Notes under the pieces: generated by a model
What the model was told of the DNA's origin: nothing
Databases searched by the model: none
The model's input: only the letters and a program-made list of their open reading frames with translations
Part shown: positions 45,947 through 54,775 of the stretch, one piece after another
Layout: each line of letters opens with the position of its first letter
Position numbering within the stretch: the first letter of the stretch is position 1
Assembly: GCA_017438865.1 (NCBI GenBank)
Contig: JAFRUN010000006.1
Location: 5,552 to 69,551, forward strand
Length of the DNA stretch: 64,000 nucleotides
Direction: 5' to 3'
From: Clostridia bacterium
Lineage (GTDB): Bacteria > Bacillota > Clostridia > Christensenellales > CAG-138
Made by a program: the position numbers and the translations under genes

Positions 45947-46687
45947 TTATGCATCGGCGTAGGTGGTCAAACGGCGGATCAGGTCGAAGCAAAGCGTGAA
46001 GATATCCTCGCGGTTTTCGTCCATCACATGTTCGATCACCACGTCGTTGACGACGCCGGTCATGCCGGTGCTGTAGTTGGTGATCATGCCGAGCGCGGCA
46101 TATTCGATGCCGAGATCGCGGCACAGCGGCGCTTCGGGGACGATGCTCTGACCGACGACCTGCGCGCCGAGCATGCGGAGCGCACGCGCTTCCGCGGCGG
46201 TCTCAAAGCGCGGACCTTCGAGGCAGGCATAGACGGCGCGTCCGGAATACGGGAAGCCGTGCTGCCGGATCAGCTCCTCAAGCGTGGTGTTCAGCGATTC
46301 GGAAAAGACGTTCTCCATGCCGGTGTGCAGCGCGGAGCGATGTTCGCGCTCGAACGAAGAGGCGCGTCCCTTCGTGAAGTCCATGAAATCGTTGATCAGG
46401 CAGTATTCGCCGAGCCGCATGGAATAGTCGCAGGCGCCGACCGAGGTCACGCCGATCGCATGGGTGACGCCGATCTGATGCAGCGCATAGACGTTCGCAC
46501 GGTAGTTGATGTCGCCCGGATCGTGCGCATACAGGATGCCGTGGCGGCTTAGAAAGATGACTTCGTTGCCCTCTTTGAGCTTGCCCTTGAAGACGACGAC
46601 GTCGCCGTAAGGCGTGGAAACTGCCTGCTCCTTGTAACGGATCGGGAGCGTTTCGATGTTGGTACCGCCGATGATCGCGATTTTCAT
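45947..46687 (-). CDS. MTAP/PNP-family nucleoside phosphorylase (S-methyl-5'-thioadenosine phosphorylase-like)
   Basis: MKIAIIGGT..., FLSRHG, NYRANVYAL, ACLEGPRFETAAE and GMITNYSTG. Confidence 0.8.
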   Translation of the reverse strand: MKIAIIGGTNIETLPIRYKEQAVSTPYGDVVVFKGKLKEGNEVIFLSRHGILYAHDPGDINYRANVYALHQIGVTHAIGVTSVGACDYSMRLGEYCLINDFMDFTKGRASSFEREHRSALHTGMENVFSESLNTTLEELIRQHGFPYSGRAVYACLEGPRFETAAEARALRMLGAQVVGQSIVPEAPLCRDLGIEYAALGMITNYSTGMTGVVNDVVIEHVMDENREDIFTLCFDLIRRLTTYADA

Positions 46688-46774
46688 TTCGATCTGATTC
46701 CTCCGTATCAAAATTCCTATATTATCATATCACAGCGAGACGCAAAACACAAGGGAACACGACAAGAATTTCGA

Positions 46775-46804
46775 CAAAAAACGGGAGCGGTTTTGCCGCT
46801 CCCG
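46775..46804 (-). terminator. Rho-independent terminator (minus strand)
   Basis: CGGGAGCGG-loop-CCGCTCCCG with a T-run on the minus strand. Confidence 0.75.
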
Positions 46805-46815
46805 CTATACCCGGT

Positions 46816-48210
46816 TCAGTTCACCTTCAGCACGATCGCAGATTCGGGGAAGGAGGTCAAATGAAGGACCGGCGTCAGCGTCACCGTCTCTATGGTCGCG
46901 ATCCGGTTGAGCGGAATGCCGTCGCCGAGATCGATGCACATCGTATAGCTTCCGTCGCCGTTATCCGTGAGTCCGCCGCCGTAGGTGATCGTAAGATCGT
47001 CGTCAATTTTGACGTCGAACAGGAGATTTCTCGCGAACACGCGCTTCTGTTCTTCGCTCCAGCCGTCCGGCGTCGTCACAAGGATCTGAAGGTCATGCAC
47101 GCCGAGGATATCGACCGTGCCGGGCGTGGCGACTTGCAGCTTAACGCCGTTCAGATCCACGGAACAGCTCCGGACGCCGCGCGAGGGATCCAGGTCAAAC
47201 AGCCAATCGCTGATTTCTGCATCGCCAAAAAGCTCGATCGTGCCGTTTTCGACCGCAACGCTGCGCGTCTTCATATCCCTGTATCCCGTCATGTTGACCT
47301 TGACCGTGCCGAGATCGACGTCGAGCTTGGTCTCGGGTTCCGCACGATCCACCGATACCCAATAGCGCACATACAGTGTGAGGTACCCGTTTTCGTCGAT
47401 ATAATCGCCGAGTGTCCTGCCGTTATCCGGGTAAAAACGGTATTCGTCGGGACGGTCGATGTGCACGTCCGCGACGGCGCGCGCGCCGTTCGCCCTGCAA
47501 TGCGCCAAACTCTCTTCCCGCCATGCAGCTGCGGTTTCCTCGTCGTACGATCTGTGAGGATCAAACCGTTCGCGGAATGACCGGATAAAGGCACCGTCGA
47601 CCGGACGTTCAGCCGCCGCCATCCATGCCGGGAGCTCCTTTCCGTCCGGAAGCGTCAGGACCAGATGGCTTTCCGGCTCCGTTCCGTCCTCTGCCGCCAA
47701 AAGCGCGGGAAGCAGTGCGTCGGCGGGAAGCGAAGGACACCATGCATTTTCAAACACGGGATAGCCGGACAGCCCCTCAAAGTCGATCCGAAGATAGATA
47801 TCCCTTCCGTCGAAGAACGTTTCGCCGAGCGTTGCGGAAAAGTTCTCGCCGATCTCACGCCAATACGGCTCGTCGGCGACATAGTTCAACTTGATTTCGG
47901 TCTGATTCTGCGACGCATCGACGACCATACCGTCGATTTCCGGCACGGGTTCGCGGTCCTTTGGATCGGTCCCGATGTAATCCCTTGCGCTGCTCGGTGC
48001 AAACCAGCCGAGCACCTCGGCTCTTGCGGCGGGGATCGTCATCGCTGCGCCGAAGACAAGCAGAAGCGCGGCAAGCGCGATCGTGACCGGCTTCAGCACG
48101 CGCAATGCGGGTTTCCGTTCCGGCACCGCGGCTTTTGCGTACCGCTTCACGTCGTCGTCGTTTATGATTTGGTTTTTAACCACGGTTTGATATGCTTCCT
48201 GTTCGTTCAT
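46816..48210 (-). CDS. Putative anti-sigma factor, paralog of 5249-6871
   Basis: Start at MNEQEAYQ. One TM (VTIALAALLLVFGAAMTI). ARAEVLGWFAPSSARDYIGTDP matches ARAEVLSWFGVSRPADYLTADP, and the similarity continues through the extracytoplasmic domain. Confidence 0.6.
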   Translation of the reverse strand: MNEQEAYQTVVKNQIINDDDVKRYAKAAVPERKPALRVLKPVTIALAALLLVFGAAMTIPAARAEVLGWFAPSSARDYIGTDPKDREPVPEIDGMVVDASQNQTEIKLNYVADEPYWREIGENFSATLGETFFDGRDIYLRIDFEGLSGYPVFENAWCPSLPADALLPALLAAEDGTEPESHLVLTLPDGKELPAWMAAAERPVDGAFIRSFRERFDPHRSYDEETAAAWREESLAHCRANGARAVADVHIDRPDEYRFYPDNGRTLGDYIDENGYLTLYVRYWVSVDRAEPETKLDVDLGTVKVNMTGYRDMKTRSVAVENGTIELFGDAEISDWLFDLDPSRGVRSCSVDLNGVKLQVATPGTVDILGVHDLQILVTTPDGWSEEQKRVFARNLLFDVKIDDDLTITYGGGLTDNGDGSYTMCIDLGDGIPLNRIATIETVTLTPVLHLTSFPESAIVLKVN

Positions 48211-48733
48211 GAAATGCTCCTTTCTGTTCCTCTGCCTGCCGCTCTTCAAGATACCGGCGAAGCCGCGCTCGTGTCCGCGACAGACGCTTGCGAACCGCGT
48301 CCTCCGAAATGCCGAGCGCCTGTGCGATCTCGTTTGTCGGAACCGACAGCCCGTAATACAGCGCAAACGCCTGGTACGACGGAAGCGGTTCCGATCGGAT
48401 CAGGTCCCAGATCTCCCGCTCGCTTTCGCGGTCGAGCACGATGTCCTCGGGCTCACACCCCTCGTCGGGAAGTTGCTCCGAAAGCGGCGCTTCGCATATC
48501 TGCACAACGGCGCGGCGCCGATAGAACCTTGCAAGCTCCTTTTTCGCAATGCCGAACACATATTTTTCCGGCTCGCGAACGCCGCTTTTTCGCATCTTCC
48601 GGTACAGCTTCCGGTAGATTTCCTGCATCAGGTCCTCTATATCGGCGCTCGACCGGATGCGCGGCAGAAGCCAGCGCAGAAGCGCGTCGCGCGTAGCGTC
48701 ATAGATGCGGTTGAATGTTTCGTACTGTTCCAT
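48176..48733 (-). CDS. ECF-type sigma-70 family sigma factor, paralog of 6868-7380
   Basis: MEQYETFNRIYDAT... matches MNDVTETFNTVYDAT.... Region 4 HTH is NEIAQALGISEDAVRKRLSRTRARL. Overlaps the anti-sigma gene by 35 nt. Confidence 0.85.
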   Translation of the reverse strand: MEQYETFNRIYDATRDALLRWLLPRIRSSADIEDLMQEIYRKLYRKMRKSGVREPEKYVFGIAKKELARFYRRRAVVQICEAPLSEQLPDEGCEPEDIVLDRESEREIWDLIRSEPLPSYQAFALYYGLSVPTNEIAQALGISEDAVRKRLSRTRARLRRYLEERQAEEQKGAFHERTGSISNRG

Positions 48734-48835
48734 CGTTTCCTCTTAAAACCGGTTTCACCCTATAAGAGCCCCGCAGATCGCAAAATCGGACACAGTTTCG
48801 GAAAAAAACTGCCTTCTCACGGAAGGCAGCGGAAA

Positions 48836-49498
48836 TCATATGTTTTTATGCCCGCATATCAGCGGGATCGCCTCGTCGAGCGAGCGGAAGACTGCGTCCG
48901 GCGTAAAGTCGAGAAGGGGCAGGGGATCGATGAGATCCGGTACGCAGACCGAGAAGAACCCGCCTGCGTGCGCCGCCCTGAGCCCGTTGACCGAGTCCTC
49001 AAAAACCGCGGCGGTTTCGGGCTTGCCGCCGAGGGCGGTTGCGGCGAGCAGAAAGATCTCCGGGTCCGGCTTGCCGTGCGTCACCTGATCGCCGAAGGCG
49101 AACGCGTCGAAGTATCTGAGCGTATCCGTGCGCCGGAGGTATTCCAGCGCGATCGGGCGGCTGGTGCCGGTTGCGAGCGCGATGCCGATCCCGCTTGCCT
49201 TCAGCGCGTCCAAAAGCGCATAGAGCCCGGGTTTTACGGGAACGCCGTTCGTTTCCATCTCGTTTTTCATCCACGATTCGATCATTGCGTAGCAGGCGTC
49301 GAACGAAATCGCCGTGCCGAACAGCGCGGGGAACATCCGCCTGAAATCGGCGTGATTGCAGCCGAGCGTTTTGAGGATGTTTTCGCGCGGGAACACGACG
49401 CCGGTTTTCGGTCCGACATATTCTTCAAGGGACCGCACATAGAGACGTTCGGTGTCGAACATCAGTCCGTCCATATCAAGGATCACGTTTTCGATCAT
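48836..49498 (-). CDS. HAD-superfamily hydrolase (beta-phosphoglucomutase-like subfamily IA)
   Basis: Motif I is DMDGLMFDTE. Also LATGTSR and GDQVTHGKPDPEIF. Confidence 0.85.
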   Translation of the reverse strand: MIENVILDMDGLMFDTERLYVRSLEEYVGPKTGVVFPRENILKTLGCNHADFRRMFPALFGTAISFDACYAMIESWMKNEMETNGVPVKPGLYALLDALKASGIGIALATGTSRPIALEYLRRTDTLRYFDAFAFGDQVTHGKPDPEIFLLAATALGGKPETAAVFEDSVNGLRAAHAGGFFSVCVPDLIDPLPLLDFTPDAVFRSLDEAIPLICGHKNI

Positions 49499-49557
49499 AA
49501 CTGCCTCCGGTTTTCTTCATTATATCGAAATCCGACGCATTTGGCAACGACTGTCGT

Positions 49558-49587
49558 TTGACAAGGTGCGCGGCGGCATACTATAAT
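49558..49587 (+). promoter_or_regulatory. Near-consensus promoter TTGACA-18-TATAAT
   Basis: Read directly from the sequence. Lies 30 nt upstream of the nitroreductase ATG, with GGGGAGG as SD. Confidence 0.6.
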
Positions 49588-49616
49588 AGATACAGAACAC
49601 AGGGGAGGACGGTTCC

Positions 49617-50276
49617 ATGACGATCCGGGAAGCAATCGACGCGCGGCATTCAGTGCGCGCGTATACGAAACAGCCGATTGAAGGCGAGGTTTTGAAGGCG
49701 CTGGAGGACGAGATCGCGGCGTGCTGCAAAAAGAGCGGTCTTTCGATCCGCCTCTTTCGGAACGATCCGGGCGCGATCAGGGGGCTTTGGGCGTACGGCG
49801 CGTTCGAGAACGCGGACAACTACATCATGCTTGCGGGATCGGACACGGACGAACTGTTCCGGCTGTGCGGGTACTGGGGCGAGCACCTTGTGCTGTTTGC
49901 CGAAACGCTGGGGCTTTCCACCTGCTGGATCGCGGGCTCGTATAAAAAGAACCGCGTGAAAAAGAACCTGAACGAGGGGGAAGCGCTTGCCGCGATCATT
50001 TCGGTTGGCTATGCCGCAAAGCCCGGGAAGCCGCATAAGAGCAAGACGTTCGCACAGGTCACGGATGCGGCGGGCGACGTGCCGGAATGGTTCAAAAACG
50101 GCGTAGAAGCCGCGCTGCTTGCGCCGACCGCGATCAATCAGCAGCGGTTCCGCTTCACGCTGCGCGACGGAAAGCCGTTTGTGAAGGCGCTTCCGGGACC
50201 GTATACCATGATCGATCTCGGCATCGTACAAGTTCATTTTGAGATTGGCGCGGGACGGCCGGTCGAGGCGGAGTAA
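49617..50276 (+). CDS. Nitroreductase-family protein
   Basis: N-terminal IREAIDARHSVRAYTKQPI signature. Confidence 0.85.
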   Translation: MTIREAIDARHSVRAYTKQPIEGEVLKALEDEIAACCKKSGLSIRLFRNDPGAIRGLWAYGAFENADNYIMLAGSDTDELFRLCGYWGEHLVLFAETLGLSTCWIAGSYKKNRVKKNLNEGEALAAIISVGYAAKPGKPHKSKTFAQVTDAAGDVPEWFKNGVEAALLAPTAINQQRFRFTLRDGKPFVKALPGPYTMIDLGIVQVHFEIGAGRPVEAE

Positions 50277-50291
50277 GAACACGGGGGAGTT

Positions 50292-51653
50292 ATGCATGTA
50301 AACAGCGAAGCGCAGCGGCAGCAGATGCTGACCGAGCCGATCGGAAAGCTGCTCTTCAAAAAAGCGGCGCCGACGGTACTGATCCAGCTCATCACCGTCA
50401 TCTACAACACCGCAGATACGTATTTCGTGGCGAAGATCGACACGGGCGCGTCTGCGGCCGTCGGCGTGGTCTTTTCGCTGATGGCGATCATTCAGGCAAC
50501 CGGCGGCAGCATCGGCATGGGCGCGACGAGCCTGATCAGCCCCATGCTCGGACAGAAGCGCGTGGACGACGCAAGCACTGTCGGCACGTCCGCCGCGCTG
50601 ATGAGCGTGATCGCGGGCGCCCTGATCGGCGCGCTCGGTCTTCTCTTCCTTCGCCCGCTGGTGTCGCTGATCGGCGCGCGCGGCGAGGTGATCCCGTATG
50701 CGGAGGATTATGCGCGCTTCATCCTGATCGGCGCGCCGTTTATGACGACGGCGTTCGTTCTGAACAGCGTCCTGCGCTCTGAGGGGCAGGCGGTCTATTC
50801 GATGATCGCCATGATCTCCGGCGGCATCCTGAACCTGTTTATCGATCCGCTGCTGATCTTCGGCTTCGGCATGGGCATTGCCGGCGCGGCGCTTGCGACC
50901 ATGATCAGCCAGATGGCGAGCTTCTTTATCATGACGATCATCTTCCTGCGCGACCGGAGCATCGTGCGTCTCCGCCCGAAATACATCGCGAAAAAGCCGT
51001 CCGTGTATCTGCATATCGTCCGCATGGGCGTACCCACGCTGTTCCGGCAGGGCATGGCGAGCTTGTCCTCGGCGCTTCTGAACGTGCAGGCGTCGGTATA
51101 CGGCGCGGCGGCGGTCGCGGCGATCTCGATCGCAAACAAGCTGTATATGCTCGTAAGGCACATTGTGATCGGTATCGGGCAGGGTTTTCAGCCGATCGCG
51201 GGGTACTGCTTCGGCGCGAAGCGTTATTCGCGCGTGAAGAAGGTCTTCTGGGTTGCGACCGGCGCGGGCACCGCGATCTGCGTGAGCATTGCGCTGGCGG
51301 TCTTTTTCTTCCGCGAGCCGGTCATGGTCTGGTTCCGCGACGATCCGGCGGTCGTGGAAGCGGGCAGCGCCATGCTGCGGTTTCTGTGCGTCACGATCCC
51401 GCTGATGGCATTTTCGACCTATGTGAATCAGCTCTATCAGTCGCTCGGCTTTGCCGTAGGGGCGACGTTCCTCGCCTCCTGTCGGCAGGGCATCTTCTTC
51501 GTGCCGCTTGTGTTCCTGCTGCCCGCGGCTTTCGGACTTACAGGCATCGAAGCGGTGCAGGCGGGCGCGGACCTGCTGACGTTTGTGATCTCGATCCCGT
51601 TCCTCATATTCTTCTTCCGAAAATACCTTTCCGCACCGGATGGGGAGGAATGA
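50292..51653 (+). CDS. MATE-family efflux transporter
   Basis: Polytopic (I expect about 12 TM segments for this family; not counted), with LFKKAAPTVLIQLITVIYNTADTYFV. The start may instead be the in-frame M at 50325, because SD spacing at 50292 is short. Confidence 0.9.
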   Translation: MHVNSEAQRQQMLTEPIGKLLFKKAAPTVLIQLITVIYNTADTYFVAKIDTGASAAVGVVFSLMAIIQATGGSIGMGATSLISPMLGQKRVDDASTVGTSAALMSVIAGALIGALGLLFLRPLVSLIGARGEVIPYAEDYARFILIGAPFMTTAFVLNSVLRSEGQAVYSMIAMISGGILNLFIDPLLIFGFGMGIAGAALATMISQMASFFIMTIIFLRDRSIVRLRPKYIAKKPSVYLHIVRMGVPTLFRQGMASLSSALLNVQASVYGAAAVAAISIANKLYMLVRHIVIGIGQGFQPIAGYCFGAKRYSRVKKVFWVATGAGTAICVSIALAVFFFREPVMVWFRDDPAVVEAGSAMLRFLCVTIPLMAFSTYVNQLYQSLGFAVGATFLASCRQGIFFVPLVFLLPAAFGLTGIEAVQAGADLLTFVISIPFLIFFFRKYLSAPDGEE

Positions 51654-51687
51654 TTATCAGATTGAGAGCCAAGAAAGGTTGAACACT

Positions 51688-52329
51688 ATGAAACTGAAAC
51701 GGATCATCCTTTTGCTGGCGGCAATGTTCTTGCTTGCCGCATGCGCGAAAGGCGCTGATGCGCCGGAAGCGCAGAGCGTACAGACGCCCGCGTCGACTGC
51801 CGAAGCGACGGAAACGCCCGCGGGCAATCCGTTTTTCACCTGTACGGGCACGGAATACGGTGATTTTCCGATTCTGCGGCCGGAGAAGCGGGAAGCGGAG
51901 GCAAAGGCGTTTTTGACGGAACACCGGGAGCTCTTGGAACGCGCGGCGACGGATTGGCCTGATCAGGCGCATTTCAGTATTTTCGACGGGGAAGCAAGGT
52001 TTTGGGACGAGCAGGAACGCGGTTATGTGACGGTCGACGCAGCGACGCTTTCAGAGAGTTTACAGGCGCTTGTGCGGCTTTCGGAAGAGTATCACGTCGA
52101 TTTTCACGTCTGTGATCCGGATCCGGTCTTTTCCGAGGATGATGAACCGTACTTTAAAGTGGAATTCCCGCGGGCGATCGACACGACCTATCGGGATCCC
52201 GGCATTCTCTATTACGTCGCCCTGATCTATACGACGAACACGGAGGAGCAGATCACCGACTCCTATCGGCACGACGTGAAGCTGCTCGACGGGAACTGGT
52301 TCATCGAAACGTATTTCTATGCGTATTGA
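51688..52329 (+). CDS. Hypothetical lipoprotein
   Basis: Lipobox LLAACAKG. I recognise no family. Confidence 0.6.
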   Translation: MKLKRIILLLAAMFLLAACAKGADAPEAQSVQTPASTAEATETPAGNPFFTCTGTEYGDFPILRPEKREAEAKAFLTEHRELLERAATDWPDQAHFSIFDGEARFWDEQERGYVTVDAATLSESLQALVRLSEEYHVDFHVCDPDPVFSEDDEPYFKVEFPRAIDTTYRDPGILYYVALIYTTNTEEQITDSYRHDVKLLDGNWFIETYFYAY

Positions 52330-52476
52330 GCGCGGTGGTGCTCTCTGCGGGTACGTTTGCGCGAATCAAAAACCTTCCCCTAATTAAGGGGAAGGTGCCG
52401 ATGGTACGCGCGGGAAGCGCGCGATCTGCCACCGAAGCGAAGCGGAGCCGTCAGGCGGATGAGGTCCCATTGTGAA

Positions 52477-52507
52477 AAGAAAAAGGCGGTCGCTTGACCG
52501 CCTTTTT
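52477..52507. terminator. Bidirectional terminator
   Basis: AAAAA-GGCGGTC-GCTT-GACCGCC-TTTTT. Confidence 0.8.
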
Positions 52508-52518
52508 CGATGCCTGTT

Positions 52519-53313
52519 TCAATAGATTTCCATGATCCCGCCGTCGTTCCACAGCCCTTCCATGATCTCCGTGATGTGCGTATAGATCGGATACCGCTTG
52601 AAAAACGCAAACAGTTCGCGTGCCTGGCGGTCGATCGCGTCGATCTCGTCCGCGGTTTTCGCCTCCTCGCGGCGCATCCACAGCATGCAGACGAGCTTGT
52701 CGATGCACAGGTCCTCGGCACATTCGATGTTTTTGATGCGTTCCGCGCCGGTCTTGATCGCCGCGGCGATCTCGTAGTACATAAAGTGCACGCCGGGGAT
52801 CTTTTCAAGATACAGCTCCGCCATCGCCTGTTCGCCCATCTGATGGTACGTTTCCGCCATGGCGCGGTATACGTCGATGCGGTTCGAATCGTCCTTCGTG
52901 CAGCCGAGGATCCGTTCGCCGATCTCGATGATCTCCGTGCTGCGGCTGCCGTCCGCGTTCTGCTGCTCCATGTCCTCCAGAATGCAGGTTAATAGCAGGT
53001 CGTTGTTCGGGTATTTTTCGAGCGCCTTTCTGAGGATCGCTTCCGATCTTGCGGGATCCTTTCCGCCGCGCCCGCTCTCGATCAGGATCGCTTCGATCGC
53101 CGCGTCGAGCTTGCTCTGGTCAAAATCCAGCAGGTTGTCGAGCGACGTGCCGAAGTAGATCGCGAGCTTCGGCAGCATGTCGATGTCGGGACTCGAAGCC
53201 CCCGTTTCCCATTTGCTGACCGCCTGCGAAGAGATGTGCAGGTAATCCGCCAGCTCCTCCTGCGTGACCTTCTTTTCTTTCCGCAATTCTCTGATTTTTG
53301 CTCCGATGTTCAT
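52519..53313 (-). CDS. XRE-family HTH transcriptional regulator with a helical-repeat C-terminal domain
   Basis: IRELRKEKKVTQEELADYLHISSQAVSKWETG. Start at MNIGAK with AAGGAGA upstream. Confidence 0.8.
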   Translation of the reverse strand: MNIGAKIRELRKEKKVTQEELADYLHISSQAVSKWETGASSPDIDMLPKLAIYFGTSLDNLLDFDQSKLDAAIEAILIESGRGGKDPARSEAILRKALEKYPNNDLLLTCILEDMEQQNADGSRSTEIIEIGERILGCTKDDSNRIDVYRAMAETYHQMGEQAMAELYLEKIPGVHFMYYEIAAAIKTGAERIKNIECAEDLCIDKLVCMLWMRREEAKTADEIDAIDRQARELFAFFKRYPIYTHITEIMEGLWNDGGIMEIY

Positions 53314-53431
53314 GTTTGTTCTCCTTTTGTGTTCTTGTAACCGGTTCGATATGAGCATACCGGAAAACGCCGGAAAAGTCCATATGAACTTATTCGGAGA
53401 TTATACAACCGTTGGTTGGATCACGGGGCAG

Positions 53432-53455
53432 AAAAAAGGCGGTCAGACGACCGCC
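53432..53455 (-). terminator. Rho-independent terminator (minus strand)
   Basis: GGCGGTC-AGAC-GACCGCC with a T-run on the minus strand. The stem sequence is the same as in the terminator at 52485-52502. Confidence 0.75.
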
Positions 53456-53461
53456 GTGGTT

Positions 53462-54658
53462 TTACTTGTGAGTCTCGTTGTATTTCTTGATGCCGAGCGC
53501 TAAAAGATCCATCGCGCGCTCCAGCTTATCCTGCTTCAGCACATACGCAATGCGGATCTCGTTCCTGCCCTTGCCGGGGGTTGCGTAGAAGCCCTCGCCG
53601 GGTGCGAACATGACCGTGTCGCCGTTGTCGTCGAAGTCGGTCAGAAGCCACTTCTGGAACGTGTCGGCGTTGTCCACGGGCAGCGCCGCCATCATGTAGA
53701 ACGCGCCCTCCGGATCCTTGACCACAACGCCGGGGATTTCGAGCAGCTTCTTGAAGCAGGTGTCGCGGCGGAGCTTGTACTCCCTGCGGACCGCCTCGAA
53801 GTATTCGGGACCGACGTCATAGAGCGCGGCGGACGCGACCTGATCGAGCGTCGCGACGGACAGACGCGCCTGACAGAACTTCAAAAGGTTCTGCTGCAGC
53901 TCCTTGTTGCGGGTGATGATCGCGCCGATGCGCGCGCCGCAGGCGGAGAAGCGCTTGGAAACGGAGTCGATGATGACCGCGTTGTCACGGAGCTCCGGGA
54001 ACTGCCCGATCGTGGCGAGCTTTTCGCCGCCGTAAACGAACTCGCGGTAGACCTCGTCGCCGATGACGAACAGATCGTGCGCCTTCGCAAAGTCCGCGAT
54101 CGTTTGAAGCTCGTCGGGCGTCAGCACCACGCCGGTGGGGTTGCCGGGGTTGGTGAACATGATCGCGCGGGTGTTCTCGTTGTACGCCGCTTCGAGCTTG
54201 TCGCGGAACGCATAGCGATAGCCGCCCTCGGGGGAGGTGGTGATCGGACGGATGCGGCCGCCCGCCGATTTCACGAACGTGTTGTAGTTCGGGTAGAACG
54301 GCTCGGGGATGATGACCTCGCTGCCGGGATCGAGGATACTGAGCATCAGCATCTGCAGCGCTTCGCTGCCGCCGGTGGTGATCAGGATCTCGTTTTCCTC
54401 AAAGCGGATGCCGAGCTTTTCATAATACTTCTGCACCGCCTTGATGAGCACGGGCATGCCGGGGGACGCTGCATATTCCAGAACGGGATTCTGAAAGTTT
54501 CTGATCGCCTCATAGTACGCGGGCGGCGTTTCGATATCAGGCTGCCCGATGTTGAGATGATAGATCGTCTTGCCCTTGTTCACGGCTTCCACCGCAAAGG
54601 GATGGAACTTGCGCATCGGGGAAAGGTTGCATTCCAGCGCTTTCTGCGAGATTTTCAT
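53462..54658 (-). CDS. Class I/II pyridoxal-phosphate aminotransferase (aspartate aminotransferase-like)
   Basis: IYHLNIGQPD, TNPGNPTG, and the PLP-lysine region DSVSKRFSACGARIG. Start at MKISQ, chosen on SD spacing. Confidence 0.9.
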   Translation of the reverse strand: MKISQKALECNLSPMRKFHPFAVEAVNKGKTIYHLNIGQPDIETPPAYYEAIRNFQNPVLEYAASPGMPVLIKAVQKYYEKLGIRFEENEILITTGGSEALQMLMLSILDPGSEVIIPEPFYPNYNTFVKSAGGRIRPITTSPEGGYRYAFRDKLEAAYNENTRAIMFTNPGNPTGVVLTPDELQTIADFAKAHDLFVIGDEVYREFVYGGEKLATIGQFPELRDNAVIIDSVSKRFSACGARIGAIITRNKELQQNLLKFCQARLSVATLDQVASAALYDVGPEYFEAVRREYKLRRDTCFKKLLEIPGVVVKDPEGAFYMMAALPVDNADTFQKWLLTDFDDNGDTVMFAPGEGFYATPGKGRNEIRIAYVLKQDKLERAMDLLALGIKKYNETHK

Positions 54659-54775
54659 GCTCATGCCTCCATGGATTTCGATCGGATTGCGCGTACATCG
54701 CACACATCGAAATAGTATCACGCCCGCTGCGTTTTTTCAAGATGCCGCGGGCGTTTGCGAATATTATATTCTTTG

